Part shown: positions 1 to 10,346 of the stretch, piece after piece
How positions within the stretch are numbered: the stretch's first letter is position 1
Layout: every line of letters starts with the position of its first letter
Source of the DNA: Minisyncoccota bacterium
Lineage (GTDB): Bacteria; Patescibacteriota; Minisyncoccia; Phycocordibacterales; WO2-35-19
Length of the DNA stretch: 64,000 bases
NCBI GenBank assembly: GCA_036517255.1
Contig: DATDXE010000006.1
Coordinates: forward strand, 8,023-72,022
Direction of reading: 5' to 3'
Translations under genes and position numbers: made by a program
The notes under the pieces: model-generated
Database searches by the model: none
The model's input: only the letters and a program-made list of their open reading frames with translations
Told to the model about the DNA's origin: nothing

Positions 1-282
1 ACTGGCCCAGTCGGAATCGTAGGTATTGTCGGTGACGCATCGATTTTGGGTTTCGTCTACATTCTCACTCTCACAGCTTTCATTTCGATCAACTTAGCTA
101 TCATAAATTTAGTACCCATTCCCTCACTCGACGGTGGACGTGTACTGTTTGTTATTATCGAAGCTATAAAAGGTTCGCCCATCAGCACTCGTGTTTTCAA
201 TGCCGCAAATTCTATAAGCTTCGTTCTCCTTATTCTTGCGATGATTCTCATTACTATTCGTGATGTTGGTAATTTGTTTTAA
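1..282 (+). CDS. rseP: RseP/site-2 (M50) metalloprotease, C-terminal part (5' truncated)
   Basis: GPVGIV at the window start, NLAIINLVPIPSLDGGR motif, position upstream of proS. Confidence 0.9.
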   Translation, partial: TGPVGIVGIVGDASILGFVYILTLTAFISINLAIINLVPIPSLDGGRVLFVIIEAIKGSPISTRVFNAANSISFVLLILAMILITIRDVGNLF

Positions 283-308
283 TAGGATTCTTTGCTAATA
301 TTTTGAAT

Positions 309-1550
309 ATGCGACAGTCACAACTATTTACTAAAACGAGAAGGGAAGCACCGTCTGATGAAGTGAGTAAAAATGCAGCACTTCTTATTAGAGCTGGATT
401 TATAAATAAAGAAATGGCTGGGGTGTATGACTATTTGCCTCTTGGCCTTCGTGTATTACATAAAATCGAAAATATTATACGCGATGAAATGAATGCTTTG
501 GGTGGTCAGGAAGTGCTTATGTCGACACTACAGAGAAAAGAATTATGGGAAAAGACAAATAGATGGAACGATGAAATTATCGATGTTTGGTTTAAAACAA
601 ATTTAAAAAATGGTGGGGAGCTCGGTCTTGGGCCGACACACGAAGAACCGATTACGAATATGGTGGAGCAATTCGTTCCTTCTTATAGGAATTTGCCGTT
701 TTCTGTATATCAATTTCAAAATAAATTTAGAAATGAAATCAGGGCTAGTAGTGGGGTGATAAGAACCCGCGAATTTGTAATGAAAGATCTATATTCTTTT
801 CATGAGAGTGACAAGTCACTCGACCAATTTTATGAAAAAGTCTCTGATGCTTATGTAAATATTTTTGAAAAATGTGGTATAGGAAAAAATACTTACAAGA
901 CTTTTGCTTCAGGTGGAGTTTTTAGTAAATACTCGCACGAATTCCAGACAGTTTCTGATGCCGGAGAGGATACAGTCTATATTAATGAAGAAAGTAAGGT
1001 TGCGATAAATAAAGAAGTCTACAATGATGAAGTTCTTTTCGATCTAAAAATAGACAAATCAAAACTCGTTGAGAAAAAATCTATAGAGGTAGGTAATATA
1101 TTTAAGCTGGGTGTTAAATTCTCCGAACCCTTGTCGTGTAAATTTAAAAATGAATCTGGTGAAGATATGCCTGTGGTCATGGGGTGCTATGGTATAGGGC
1201 CAGCTCGTGTACTAGGTACTATTGTAGAAACTCTTTCTGATGAAAAAGGTATTGTTTGGCCTAAGGAAGTGGCTCCGTTCGATGTTCACTTGCTTAGACT
1301 AGGTGAGACTGAAGAAGTGAAAGTAAAAGCAGAAGAAATTTATAAAAAACTTTCAGAAAAGGTAGAAGTGCTTTATGATGATCGCGATTTGAGAGCTGGG
1401 GAAAAATTTGCTGACGCTGATCTCTTGGGAGTGCCAATACAAGTGATTGTCGGTGAAAAAGGCCTAAAAGAAAACACCCTGGAAATAAAAGATAGGAAGA
1501 CGGGTGAAGTAAAAAATATCCACATGGACGAGCTTCATTCTATCGTGTAG
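309..1550 (+). CDS. proS: Prolyl-tRNA synthetase, short form without editing insertion
   Basis: MRQSQLF start, GPTHEE, FRNE..R.REF.MKDLYSF, MGCYGIG, C-terminal anticodon domain; ATG 309 preferred over TTG 303. Confidence 0.95.
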   Translation: MRQSQLFTKTRREAPSDEVSKNAALLIRAGFINKEMAGVYDYLPLGLRVLHKIENIIRDEMNALGGQEVLMSTLQRKELWEKTNRWNDEIIDVWFKTNLKNGGELGLGPTHEEPITNMVEQFVPSYRNLPFSVYQFQNKFRNEIRASSGVIRTREFVMKDLYSFHESDKSLDQFYEKVSDAYVNIFEKCGIGKNTYKTFASGGVFSKYSHEFQTVSDAGEDTVYINEESKVAINKEVYNDEVLFDLKIDKSKLVEKKSIEVGNIFKLGVKFSEPLSCKFKNESGEDMPVVMGCYGIGPARVLGTIVETLSDEKGIVWPKEVAPFDVHLLRLGETEEVKVKAEEIYKKLSEKVEVLYDDRDLRAGEKFADADLLGVPIQVIVGEKGLKENTLEIKDRKTGEVKNIHMDELHSIV

Positions 1551-1552
1551 GC

Positions 1553-2635
1553 TTGTTTAGCATGCACTGGTTACTCTCAAAAATAGCTGGATTTAAAGGA
1601 CTACTTCACAATGAAATTGGTATTGATCTCGGGACTGCAAATACCCTAGTTTATGTCCAAGGGAAAGGGGTAATTATAAATGAACCTTCTGTTGTGGCGG
1701 TGAACCAGAAGACTGGGCAGGTTGTGGCTGTGGGCACTGAAGCTCACAATATGCTTGGACGTACACCTGCTCACATCGTAGCTGTGAAGCCTCTTGTCGA
1801 CGGAGTGATTTCTGATTTTGAAGTTACGGAGGAAATGATTGCTTACCTCCTCAATAAAGCTGAAAGAGGAGTGAAGAAAATTTTTGGCCCCAAAGTTGTA
1901 GTTGGTGTACCTTCCGGGATTACAAATGTAGAAACTCGTGCGGTTCGAGATGCGGTGCGTTCTGCTGGAGCAAGTGAAGTTTATATCGTGGAAGAGCCTA
2001 TGGCTGCCGCCATAGGCTTGCGTTTGCCGGTACTTGAACCGGTGGGCTCTATGATAATAGATATGGGCGGAGGTACGACTGACATAGCGGTCATCTCGCT
2101 CGGAGGGGTTGTTTCCTCAAAAAACTTGAGAGTAGCTGGCGATAAATTAAACAGTGACATATCAAGTTATGTCAGGAGTGAGTTCAAGATTTTGATTGGA
2201 GAAAAAACTGCTGAAAACGCCAAAGTATCCATTGGTAATTTGGTGATGAAAGGAATTGGAGAAGAATGCAAAGTCAAAGGGCGCGATTTAGTTACTGGTT
2301 TGCCTCGTGAAGTGGTGATCACCGATTCTGACGTGCGCGAAGCTATATCATTTTCTATTGCGGCTATTATCGAAGCTTGCAAAGAAGTACTTGAGGCCAC
2401 TCCTCCTGAGATTCTTTCTGATGTTATGCAAAGAGGGATTTATTTTTGTGGTGGCGGGGCACTCATAAGAGGCTTTGCCGACGTTTTAGAGGAAGAGTTA
2501 AAAATTCCGATACACGTCGCGACTGACCCTGTGGCGACCGTAGCTCGCGGCTGCGGTATAATCCTTGAAAATATGGGTATGTACCAAGAAGTACTCATAT
2601 CGGAAGACAATGACTTACCCCCTCATCAAACATAA
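1553..2635 (+). CDS. mreB: Rod shape-determining protein MreB
   Basis: GIDLGTANT, EPSVVA, EEPMAAAIG, DMGGGTTD; start may be ATG 1562. Confidence 0.95.
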   Translation: MFSMHWLLSKIAGFKGLLHNEIGIDLGTANTLVYVQGKGVIINEPSVVAVNQKTGQVVAVGTEAHNMLGRTPAHIVAVKPLVDGVISDFEVTEEMIAYLLNKAERGVKKIFGPKVVVGVPSGITNVETRAVRDAVRSAGASEVYIVEEPMAAAIGLRLPVLEPVGSMIIDMGGGTTDIAVISLGGVVSSKNLRVAGDKLNSDISSYVRSEFKILIGEKTAENAKVSIGNLVMKGIGEECKVKGRDLVTGLPREVVITDSDVREAISFSIAAIIEACKEVLEATPPEILSDVMQRGIYFCGGGALIRGFADVLEEELKIPIHVATDPVATVARGCGIILENMGMYQEVLISEDNDLPPHQT

Positions 2636-3401
2636 ATATAACGATCGAGCACGTAATAAATTTTACGGCATTCTGTCTTTGGTCATTATTTGTACGACAG
2701 TTTTCTATTTATGGAAAGGTGATCTTGCTCCTTTGTTTATTCAGGTTCTTTCCCCGATCTCAAAGTCTCTTCGGTCCACCGGAAGTAGTATTTTCTCTTG
2801 GGCTAAGGTGCTTATTCCGTACTCTCCCATCTTAGAAGAAAATAATAGACTGAAAGAGGAAGCAATAAATTTGAGGCAAGAATTTTTTGATCTTAATCGA
2901 GAGAAGGTAGAAAATCAGACACTTCGACAGGCACTCGATCAGAAAGAGGCTAATTATATTCCGACTAAAATAATTTTAGCTGCCCCACAAACTCCTTTTG
3001 GAACAGTCGTGGTCGATAAAGGGTCGCTTGATGGTGTGTCGGTAGGTGATCGAGTGCTTCTATCTCGCAAAGTTTCTCTTGGCGTGGTTGGAGAAGTTGA
3101 AGAAAAAAATTCTAAGGTTATTACCCACTATTCTCCAGGTATGAAGACATCTGCGATTGCCGAAAGGAGTGGGGTGGTACTTGAGCTTACTGGAACTGGT
3201 AATGCTTTCGCTCTCGAAGTGCCTCTTGATATGGAAATGAGGGAAGGTGATGTTTTTTCCTTGCCAGGCTCACAGGATTTTGTTGTCGCAATTGTGGTGT
3301 CGATTAAGCCTGATCAAGCAGCTTCTTTTTCTAAAGTTTTTCTGTCCCCCCCTTTTAACCTTCTTGGTAATTCTGTCTTATTCATAGAAACAGGGGATTA
3401 A
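2610..3401 (+). CDS. mreC: Rod shape-determining protein MreC
   Basis: N-terminal TM, coiled coil (EENNRLKEE), VDKGSLDGVSVG; follows mreB; ATG 2610 chosen. Confidence 0.85.
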   Translation: MTYPLIKHKYNDRARNKFYGILSLVIICTTVFYLWKGDLAPLFIQVLSPISKSLRSTGSSIFSWAKVLIPYSPILEENNRLKEEAINLRQEFFDLNREKVENQTLRQALDQKEANYIPTKIILAAPQTPFGTVVVDKGSLDGVSVGDRVLLSRKVSLGVVGEVEEKNSKVITHYSPGMKTSAIAERSGVVLELTGTGNAFALEVPLDMEMREGDVFSLPGSQDFVVAIVVSIKPDQAASFSKVFLSPPFNLLGNSVLFIETGD

Positions 3402-3403
3402 TT

Positions 3404-3667
3404 ATGAATAATATATTTTCCCCAGTAATTTTTTTCTTTCTTGTCTTTGTTCCACTATCTATAATTTGGTGGCTATTTTTCCCCCTGGCTCTAATATCTA
3501 TTTTTATATTTCAGCGAATCTACGTTAGTATTTTTGCTGGATTTGTATTAGATGTCGTATACTTTGGTGGTTCTCTTTTGGACTTTCCCGTCATGACCAT
3601 GATTTGTTTTGGGATAACGATCCTTTTCATCTCATTAAGAGACAAAATACGATTCGATGCTTTCTAA
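3404..3667 (+). CDS. Small membrane protein, MreD-like
   Basis: Hydrophobic 87 aa with FAGFVLDV motif, between mreC and pbp2. Confidence 0.6.
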   Translation: MNNIFSPVIFFFLVFVPLSIIWWLFFPLALISIFIFQRIYVSIFAGFVLDVVYFGGSLLDFPVMTMICFGITILFISLRDKIRFDAF

Positions 3668-5366
3668 AATAAAGAAAAAAATATTATCGACCTTTAGTGG
3701 CAAGAAGTATTCATTCATTTATCCAGATGAGGTTTTTCTTGATTCTAGAAATCTGCCTGATTTCGATAAACACCAATTTGAAGGGAGGATCGAACGTCCC
3801 ATACTTTTTAGAAGTTTTGTTTCTTTCTATGTTATATGTTTCGTAGCAGTTTTGTTTTTCGTATATACTCTTTGGGATTTGGGTATAAGTAAAGGTAAAG
3901 TTTACGCAGAGATAAGTCAGAACAATAGCTTACGGCATGATCCTATACTTGCTCCTCGTGGAGTGATATATGATCGTAACGGAAAAATACTTGTTTCAAA
4001 TTCGATTGTCGAAGAGTCGGAAGATTTTCCCAGAAGAATTTATCTCGAAAAATTCGGCTTTTCCCATTTACTTGGTTTTATAAAATATCCTGCTAAAGAT
4101 TCATCTGGTTTTTATTTCAGGGAAGAATATGAGCCACAAGATGGTGTAGAGATTTTATTTAACGAAGTACTTGCTGGTCGTAATGGTCTTAAGATTTCAG
4201 AGAATGATGTTTCTGGAAATTTGGTGAGTGAGAGCCTCATTGACCCTTCTTTAGCTGGGGACAGTTTACAATTAGCTGTGGACTTAAGGATACAGGAAAA
4301 GATGTATCAAGAAATAAAAAGTCTTTCTGAAAGAGTAGGTTTCCTGGGGGGGGCTGGTATTATTATGGATGTAAACTCAGGTGAAATACTAACTCTTACG
4401 AGCTACCCTGAATACGATTCACAGCTTATGACTGATGGCCAGGCTTCTTCGACTATAAGAACCTATTCTACGGACAATGCCAAACCTTTCTTGAATCGTA
4501 TTATTTCTGGGCTGTATACTCCCGGCTCAGTTGTTAAACCTTTTCTAGCTTTTGGAGCTCTTGAGGAGGGAGTCATTTCTCCTGAAAAAGAAATAGTAAG
4601 TACTGGTAAACTTGTCGTGCCGAACCCTTATTTTCCAGATCAACCTTCCATATTTCTTGATTGGAAAGCCCACGGTGCTGTTGATATGCGTAAAGCGATT
4701 GCTGTATCGTCGAATGTGTATTTTTATGAAGTGGGAGGGGGTTTCGCCTCACAGAAAGGGCTTGGTATAGAAAAAATAGAAAAGTATTTTAGGAAATTTG
4801 GTCTGAGTCAGTTGACTGGTGTAGGTACTCTAGATGAAGCTGTTGGCAATATTCCCAATCCAGAATGGAAAGAAAAAAATTTTCCCGGGGAACCTTGGCG
4901 GCTGGGGGATACATATAACACTGCTATAGGTCAATATGGTATGCAGGTGACACCTCTTCAAATAGTGCGTGCTATTGCCGCTATTGCAAATGGTGGGGTT
5001 TTAGTAACTCCAGGATTCGAAAAGAAAGCGACTACTTCAGTACCGATCGGCCAGAGGATAAGTGGCAAAGAAGAACATTACCAAATTATTCGTGAAGGTA
5101 TGCGCATGTCGGTTACTCTAGGTACTTCAAAAGGGCTTGATATGAGTTCTGTCGCTATCGCTGGTAAAACTGGAACTGCTCAACTTGGGACTTCGAAATC
5201 ATTTGTCAATTCTTGGACTACGGGTTTCTTCCCGTATGAAAATCCTCGCTATGCTTACCTTGTAGTTATGGAACATGGTCCTTCTACTAATCTTACTGGC
5301 GCCACCTTCGTCATGCGTCAGGTAATGGACTTTATGGTTGCTAATACTCCAGAATATTTAAAATAA
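3657..5366 (+). CDS. mrdA: Penicillin-binding protein 2 (class B transpeptidase)
   Basis: PRGVIYDRNG, PGSVVK (SxxK), SSN, KTGT; mre operon context. Confidence 0.9.
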   Translation: MLSKIKKKILSTFSGKKYSFIYPDEVFLDSRNLPDFDKHQFEGRIERPILFRSFVSFYVICFVAVLFFVYTLWDLGISKGKVYAEISQNNSLRHDPILAPRGVIYDRNGKILVSNSIVEESEDFPRRIYLEKFGFSHLLGFIKYPAKDSSGFYFREEYEPQDGVEILFNEVLAGRNGLKISENDVSGNLVSESLIDPSLAGDSLQLAVDLRIQEKMYQEIKSLSERVGFLGGAGIIMDVNSGEILTLTSYPEYDSQLMTDGQASSTIRTYSTDNAKPFLNRIISGLYTPGSVVKPFLAFGALEEGVISPEKEIVSTGKLVVPNPYFPDQPSIFLDWKAHGAVDMRKAIAVSSNVYFYEVGGGFASQKGLGIEKIEKYFRKFGLSQLTGVGTLDEAVGNIPNPEWKEKNFPGEPWRLGDTYNTAIGQYGMQVTPLQIVRAIAAIANGGVLVTPGFEKKATTSVPIGQRISGKEEHYQIIREGMRMSVTLGTSKGLDMSSVAIAGKTGTAQLGTSKSFVNSWTTGFFPYENPRYAYLVVMEHGPSTNLTGATFVMRQVMDFMVANTPEYLK

Positions 5367-5382
5367 AATTAGTAATTATATT

Positions 5383-6075
5383 TTAAGATTGCAATATTAA
5401 ATCAATAATATTTTTGAGTTGAGAATATGGGTAAGCTCCATTTACTGGATAGGTGTCGCCATTTTTAGTATCGATAATTATTGAAAACGGAGTGCCCTCG
5501 GCACCTGCTTTAAAGGCATCATCTACATCAGATTTTACTTTTGTTGCGTATTTACCACTTTCAAGGCAGGCATTAAATTTTTCTGACGAAAGACCTACCT
5601 GTTTTGCTACATTTGTAAGTTCCGAAGCGGGAAGGTTGTTGTTTGAAGGTGTAATTTCGTAAATACGATTTGTGTACTCCCAAAACTTTGCATTACCGCC
5701 CAATTCCCCAGCACACTCAAGAGCTTCTGCTTCCTTTGGAGCTTTGGAGTGTAGTTCGGCAATTGGTAGATGTCGGTATATCCAAGACATATCACCATTC
5801 GTGCCGTATTCAGTCATAATAGCCCTTAGAGTTTTGTGAAATTCTTTACAGAATGGACACTCGGTATCAGAGTACTCTACTATAATAACTCGTGCACTGG
5901 GATTTCCAAGAAGATGGTCGTTTGGATCTATTGCCTCCATATTTGAAGCCTGCTTTATCGCTTCATCTATCGTTTTTTCTTCAATATCTCCAGAATTTTT
6001 TGACATGTACAATCCTCCACCAATGAGAATTCCAGCTATTATAATAGAGAAAGGTATAAGTAGAGCATCTTTCAT
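5383..6075 (-). CDS. DsbA-family thiol-disulfide oxidoreductase, membrane anchored
   Basis: EYSDTECPFC, GTP cis-Pro loop, N-terminal TM; ATG 6075 lies 6 nt after TGCTATAAT. Confidence 0.9.
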   Translation of the reverse strand: MKDALLIPFSIIIAGILIGGGLYMSKNSGDIEEKTIDEAIKQASNMEAIDPNDHLLGNPSARVIIVEYSDTECPFCKEFHKTLRAIMTEYGTNGDMSWIYRHLPIAELHSKAPKEAEALECAGELGGNAKFWEYTNRIYEITPSNNNLPASELTNVAKQVGLSSEKFNACLESGKYATKVKSDVDDAFKAGAEGTPFSIIIDTKNGDTYPVNGAYPYSQLKNIIDLILQS

Positions 6076-6089
6076 GCTAAAATTATAGC

Positions 6090-6881
6090 ATGTCTTTTTT
6101 GGACTCAATCTTCTTAGGTCTCGTTCAGGGTATAACCGAATTTTTGCCTATTTCTTCCTCTGGCCATCTTATACTTGCTCAGCGTTATTTAGGGATTCCG
6201 ATAGACGGAGCCTCCTTATCCTTTGCTATATTTGTAAATTGTGCCACGCTTCTCGCTGTTATAATCGCTCTATGGGGTGATATACGCAGAATTGTGGTAG
6301 ATATTTTTACTGAAGGGCCATCTATGCGATCAAAGAAAGTTCTTTCGGCTATTTTTTGGGGAACCATACCAGCTGCTACTATGGGCTTTTTTTTCCAATC
6401 TCAAATAAGTGAGTTGTTTTATAACCCACGGTTTGTTGCGTATGCTCTTATTGCTGGTAGTGTTTTGTTTTTTATTGCTGATAGGATTCCAAAAGAACAT
6501 AATGAACCTCATGGAGTTACCGCACTCAAAGGTCTCTTCATTGGCATTTTTCAAACTTTTGCACTGATCCCTGGTATATCTCGCTCAGGCATCACTACTT
6601 CCGGTGGCCTTTTTTTCGGCCTTTCCCGAGAAGAAGCTATCAAATTTGCGTTTCTTCTCTATATCCCTATCTCTGTCGGCGCTGGATTAAAAATTATTTT
6701 TGATTCTGTTTCTCCTTCTTTTTCTTACTCTGATCCTACTGTTTGGGTAGGTTTTTTTGTAGCGTTTCTTTCAGGTCTTATTTCTGTAAAATTTTTGATC
6801 AAATTTCTTTCCAGAAATTCCTTCAACGTTTTTATCGTATATCGACTTCTTTTGGCTGGGGTGATACTCTACTTTTTCTAG
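6090..6881 (+). CDS. uppP: Undecaprenyl-diphosphate phosphatase
   Basis: QGITEFLPISSSGHL and PGISRSG motifs. Confidence 0.95.
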   Translation: MSFLDSIFLGLVQGITEFLPISSSGHLILAQRYLGIPIDGASLSFAIFVNCATLLAVIIALWGDIRRIVVDIFTEGPSMRSKKVLSAIFWGTIPAATMGFFFQSQISELFYNPRFVAYALIAGSVLFFIADRIPKEHNEPHGVTALKGLFIGIFQTFALIPGISRSGITTSGGLFFGLSREEAIKFAFLLYIPISVGAGLKIIFDSVSPSFSYSDPTVWVGFFVAFLSGLISVKFLIKFLSRNSFNVFIVYRLLLAGVILYFF

Positions 6882-6893
6882 CAAGAAAATTAC

Positions 6894-7868
6894 ATGGCAT
6901 TTACTGATGAAATAACTATTTTCGCAAAGGCAGGCCGAGGGGGTAATGGCGTAGTACGCTGGCTTCACGAGAAGGGAAAAGAGTGGAGTGGCCCAGCTGG
7001 GGGCGATGGTGGTAAGGGAGGTGATGTGTACGTTGTATCTGTGCGGGATACTCATTTGCTTTCGAAATATAAGGCCCAGAAGGAGTTCGATGCTGGTAAT
7101 GGTGAAATGGGAGGTAGTAAAAGCCTTCACGGAGCTCAAGGTAAAGACCTGGATATCGAACTTCCAATCGGCTCTATCATTACCAATAAAAAAACTGGCC
7201 GAAAATTTTCCCTTATAAAGGATGGAGAGAGGGTTCTTGTTTTGAAAGGTGGTAATGGAGGTAGGGGTAATGAATCATTCAAAGCTTCGACAAACCAAAG
7301 TCCAAGGGAATCAACCCCAGGTACTGAAGGCGAAGAAGCCGAATTTTATATAGAGCTCGAACTTGTGGCGGATGCTGGTTTTATCGGTTTACCGAATGCA
7401 GGTAAAACTAGTTTATTGAACGAGCTTACTAGAAGCAATAGTAAAGTGGGTGCATATCCTTTTACTACTCTTGAACCAAACTTGGGTGAAATGTATGGCT
7501 TCATCATCGCTGATATTCCTGGTCTTATAGAAGGAGCTGCTACAGGAAAAGGCTTGGGTCATAAATTTCTGCGTCATATACGCCGTACCAAAATTTTAGT
7601 TCATCTAGTTTCTCTCGAAAATGAAGATCCTATAAATGTTTACAACATAATTAGAAGTGAACTCTCACACTTTGATAAAGAACTTTTGAATAAAAAAGAA
7701 ATTGTCGTTCTGACCAAGACTGATTTGCTAGAAGATAAAACTAAACTAGATAAAATTGTATCTGATTTTGAAAAGATTATTCCTTCTGTTACCACTCTCA
7801 CTATATACGACGATTTCCAAATAAAATCTTTCGGACAGTTTCTCTTAAAACAGCTTAAAGACGAGTAA
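6894..7868 (+). CDS. obgE: GTPase Obg (no C-terminal OCT domain)
   Basis: Gly-rich Obg fold, GLPNAGKT, YPFTTL, DIPG, TKTD. Confidence 0.95.
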   Translation: MAFTDEITIFAKAGRGGNGVVRWLHEKGKEWSGPAGGDGGKGGDVYVVSVRDTHLLSKYKAQKEFDAGNGEMGGSKSLHGAQGKDLDIELPIGSIITNKKTGRKFSLIKDGERVLVLKGGNGGRGNESFKASTNQSPRESTPGTEGEEAEFYIELELVADAGFIGLPNAGKTSLLNELTRSNSKVGAYPFTTLEPNLGEMYGFIIADIPGLIEGAATGKGLGHKFLRHIRRTKILVHLVSLENEDPINVYNIIRSELSHFDKELLNKKEIVVLTKTDLLEDKTKLDKIVSDFEKIIPSVTTLTIYDDFQIKSFGQFLLKQLKDE

Positions 7869-7887
7869 TATCATATAATTCAAAAAT

Positions 7888-8457
7888 ATGCTTACTAGAA
7901 GTTTTGTCATCTCGTTTTTCATAGAATTCGGGCCTGTCATCGCCTTTTTCTTCGGGACCGAATTTCTTGGTTTTTTTCCTGGCACTACCTTTCTTGTGGT
8001 TGGTACCCTTGTGGCTCTCTCTGCATCCTTAGTGCGCGACAAACGTTTACCGATGTTCTCTATTCTCTCTAGCGTTTTTATATTATTTTTTGGATTATTG
8101 ACTTTATTTATGCACGATCCTATTTGGCTAGTAGCTGAGTATACATTGTATAATGGCTTATTCGGCCTTTTTGTTTTAGGTGGTTTGTATTTTAATAAAT
8201 CTTTATTGAAGCCTCTTTTCCAAACTATGTTCCATGTCAGTGACAAGTGTTGGAGAATACTTTCTTTACGATGGGGAATAGCTTTTATACTGACAGCTAT
8301 AAGTAATGAATTAGTCTGGCGTCTACTAGGTGAAGATGCTTGGGTCTATTTCCGCCTTATCGCTGGAGTGCTCCTTGCCGTATTCGGTTTTTCTCAATTC
8401 TTCCTAGCTCGTCGTGAACGCCATCCTGACGCCAGCCCCTGGGGCCTTCGTATTTAA
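7888..8457 (+). CDS. YciB/IspZ-family inner membrane protein
   Basis: EFGPVIAFF, FFGLLTL, NELVWR...WVYF, multiple TM helices. Confidence 0.8.
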   Translation: MLTRSFVISFFIEFGPVIAFFFGTEFLGFFPGTTFLVVGTLVALSASLVRDKRLPMFSILSSVFILFFGLLTLFMHDPIWLVAEYTLYNGLFGLFVLGGLYFNKSLLKPLFQTMFHVSDKCWRILSLRWGIAFILTAISNELVWRLLGEDAWVYFRLIAGVLLAVFGFSQFFLARRERHPDASPWGLRI

Positions 8458-9032
8458 AAGGGGAGGGTGCGATTCATGATGGAGGGGTCGACGATTGATT
8501 CCCAGGTGGAAGTGTCGAGTTTAATTTCGTTTAAATTTGGACCTTCTTTGAAGATGAGTTTATTGTTTTTGCGAGCATATTCGTATAAATCGCGAGTGAT
8601 TCGTACATCATGAAGACAGTAATTTTTTACTTTTTCTATTTCACCCTTTTTCCACCACTGTAGAGCTTCCAGTCCATTACCACTTTTATTTACACCCAGT
8701 GTTCCTTCAGCCAACTGATCGAGTTTCATTCTTCTTCCTGCAACTTTGTGAATTTCTTTCAAAATATCTAGGCTTTTTATTTTATCTAAATTCCCAGGGT
8801 AATATTTATTCAACAAAGGGATATCAAAATGATCTGAATTGAAACCGATTAAAATATCGGTCGTCTCCAGTATCGGCCAGAGTCGTGGTAACTCTTCTTC
8901 CAAATAGGTGGAATAAGAATCGGTATGAGAATCATAGATACCGACAACTGATATAGACAAATCAACCGGATTGTTTGAACCGACTTCTTGAAAAAAATTC
9001 CTTGTTTCTATGTCGAATACTACTTTGCGCAT
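8454..9032 (-). CDS. RNase H-like (DEDD/YprB-type) exonuclease domain protein
   Basis: FDIET, GFNSDHFDIP, YCLHDV. Confidence 0.8.
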   Translation of the reverse strand: MRKVVFDIETRNFFQEVGSNNPVDLSISVVGIYDSHTDSYSTYLEEELPRLWPILETTDILIGFNSDHFDIPLLNKYYPGNLDKIKSLDILKEIHKVAGRRMKLDQLAEGTLGVNKSGNGLEALQWWKKGEIEKVKNYCLHDVRITRDLYEYARKNNKLIFKEGPNLNEIKLDTSTWESIVDPSIMNRTLPF

Positions 9033-9039
9033 GCGGCCA

Positions 9040-10314
9040 TTATTGTATCATCTTAACTATTTCTTCCAAGCTACATTCCTTCTCCTCCCTAGTTTCAATA
9101 TTTTTCAGTTTAAACTGTCCTTTTTCTAGTTCGTCTTTTCCTACCACTAATACATAAGGGATTTTTCTTTTTTCTGCTCCCGCAATTTGATCTCCAAGTT
9201 TCCTTCCTGAAATATCTATAGCTGTGTTTATGCCAATTTTCCTCAATTTATTTCCCACTTTGTCTGCTTCTTCTGCTGCCGTATCAGGAGCTAAACAAAT
9301 CCAAATTTTTGTAGTTGATTCAAATTTTGGTAGTAGGTTATGAGTCTCTAGAAAATTTTGTATTGTCACATCTCCCATACCGAAGCCCACAGCTGGGACT
9401 TCTTTACCACTAAACATTTCTACAAGTTCATCGTATCTCCCACCACCAAATACGGATCTATTATTTTCCTTATTAGTATCAAACACTTCAAATATGATAC
9501 CCGTGTAATAATCGAACCCACGCACTAAGTTGGGATTGAACTCGATATTCTTTATGCCGATTTTAGTGAGTTTTTCTAAAAGATCGAGTAAATACTTGGC
9601 TGACTCCTTGTCGCCTAATTTTTCAAATATAGCATTTTTCGAATTTAATAATGAAGTTAATTGTTCTGTAGCTTTCTCGCTTGCCAACTCTTTTAAGCTG
9701 TCTCTAAATGTTTCTTCAGAAATTTTATCTTTTTTATCTATTATTCTCGATATCGCTTGTCTATCTTTCACAGGTATTTCTAGTGAATCATATAAATCAT
9801 CCATTAATTCTCTACTGTTTACGTAGAGTACATAATCCTCCTCTTTAGCCCCAAAAGCTTTCATAATAGTTGGAGCCATAGAGACTATTTCTATATCAGA
9901 GGAAATACTTTTATTACCAAAAAGGTCGACATTCAATTGCCAAAATTCTCGGTGCCTACCTCTTTGCGGTTTTTCGTAGCGATAGAAACTACCTATGGAG
10001 TACCAGCGAGCAGGGAATGGAATTTCATTTATTTTATTTGCGATCATGCGGGCTACAGTCGGAGTCATTTCTGGCCTGAGAGCTACCTCTCGATCGCCCC
10101 TGTCTTTGAAGGAATAGATTTGTTCGTTTACTATTTCTTCGTTACTTTTTGATTTGTATAAGTCAAGCGGTTCGAGTATCGAAGCGTTGTATCTTTCATA
10201 ACCATAACTTTCAGCTACTTTTTGCCACACTCTGAAAATATAGTTTTGCACCGCCCTCTCTTCTGGGTAAAAATCTCGCACTCCTTTGTATGGTTCCAGA
10301 CTTATTTTAGACAT
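9040..10314 (-). CDS. hisS: Histidyl-tRNA synthetase
   Basis: KGVRDF, LRPEMT, RYEKPQRGRHREFWQ, RGFDYYTG, GGGRYD; ATG 10314 chosen. Confidence 0.95.
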   Translation of the reverse strand: MSKISLEPYKGVRDFYPEERAVQNYIFRVWQKVAESYGYERYNASILEPLDLYKSKSNEEIVNEQIYSFKDRGDREVALRPEMTPTVARMIANKINEIPFPARWYSIGSFYRYEKPQRGRHREFWQLNVDLFGNKSISSDIEIVSMAPTIMKAFGAKEEDYVLYVNSRELMDDLYDSLEIPVKDRQAISRIIDKKDKISEETFRDSLKELASEKATEQLTSLLNSKNAIFEKLGDKESAKYLLDLLEKLTKIGIKNIEFNPNLVRGFDYYTGIIFEVFDTNKENNRSVFGGGRYDELVEMFSGKEVPAVGFGMGDVTIQNFLETHNLLPKFESTTKIWICLAPDTAAEEADKVGNKLRKIGINTAIDISGRKLGDQIAGAEKRKIPYVLVVGKDELEKGQFKLKNIETREEKECSLEEIVKMIQ

Positions 10315-10346
10315 AATTTTGTATAAAAATATGATAGCATTCTCGT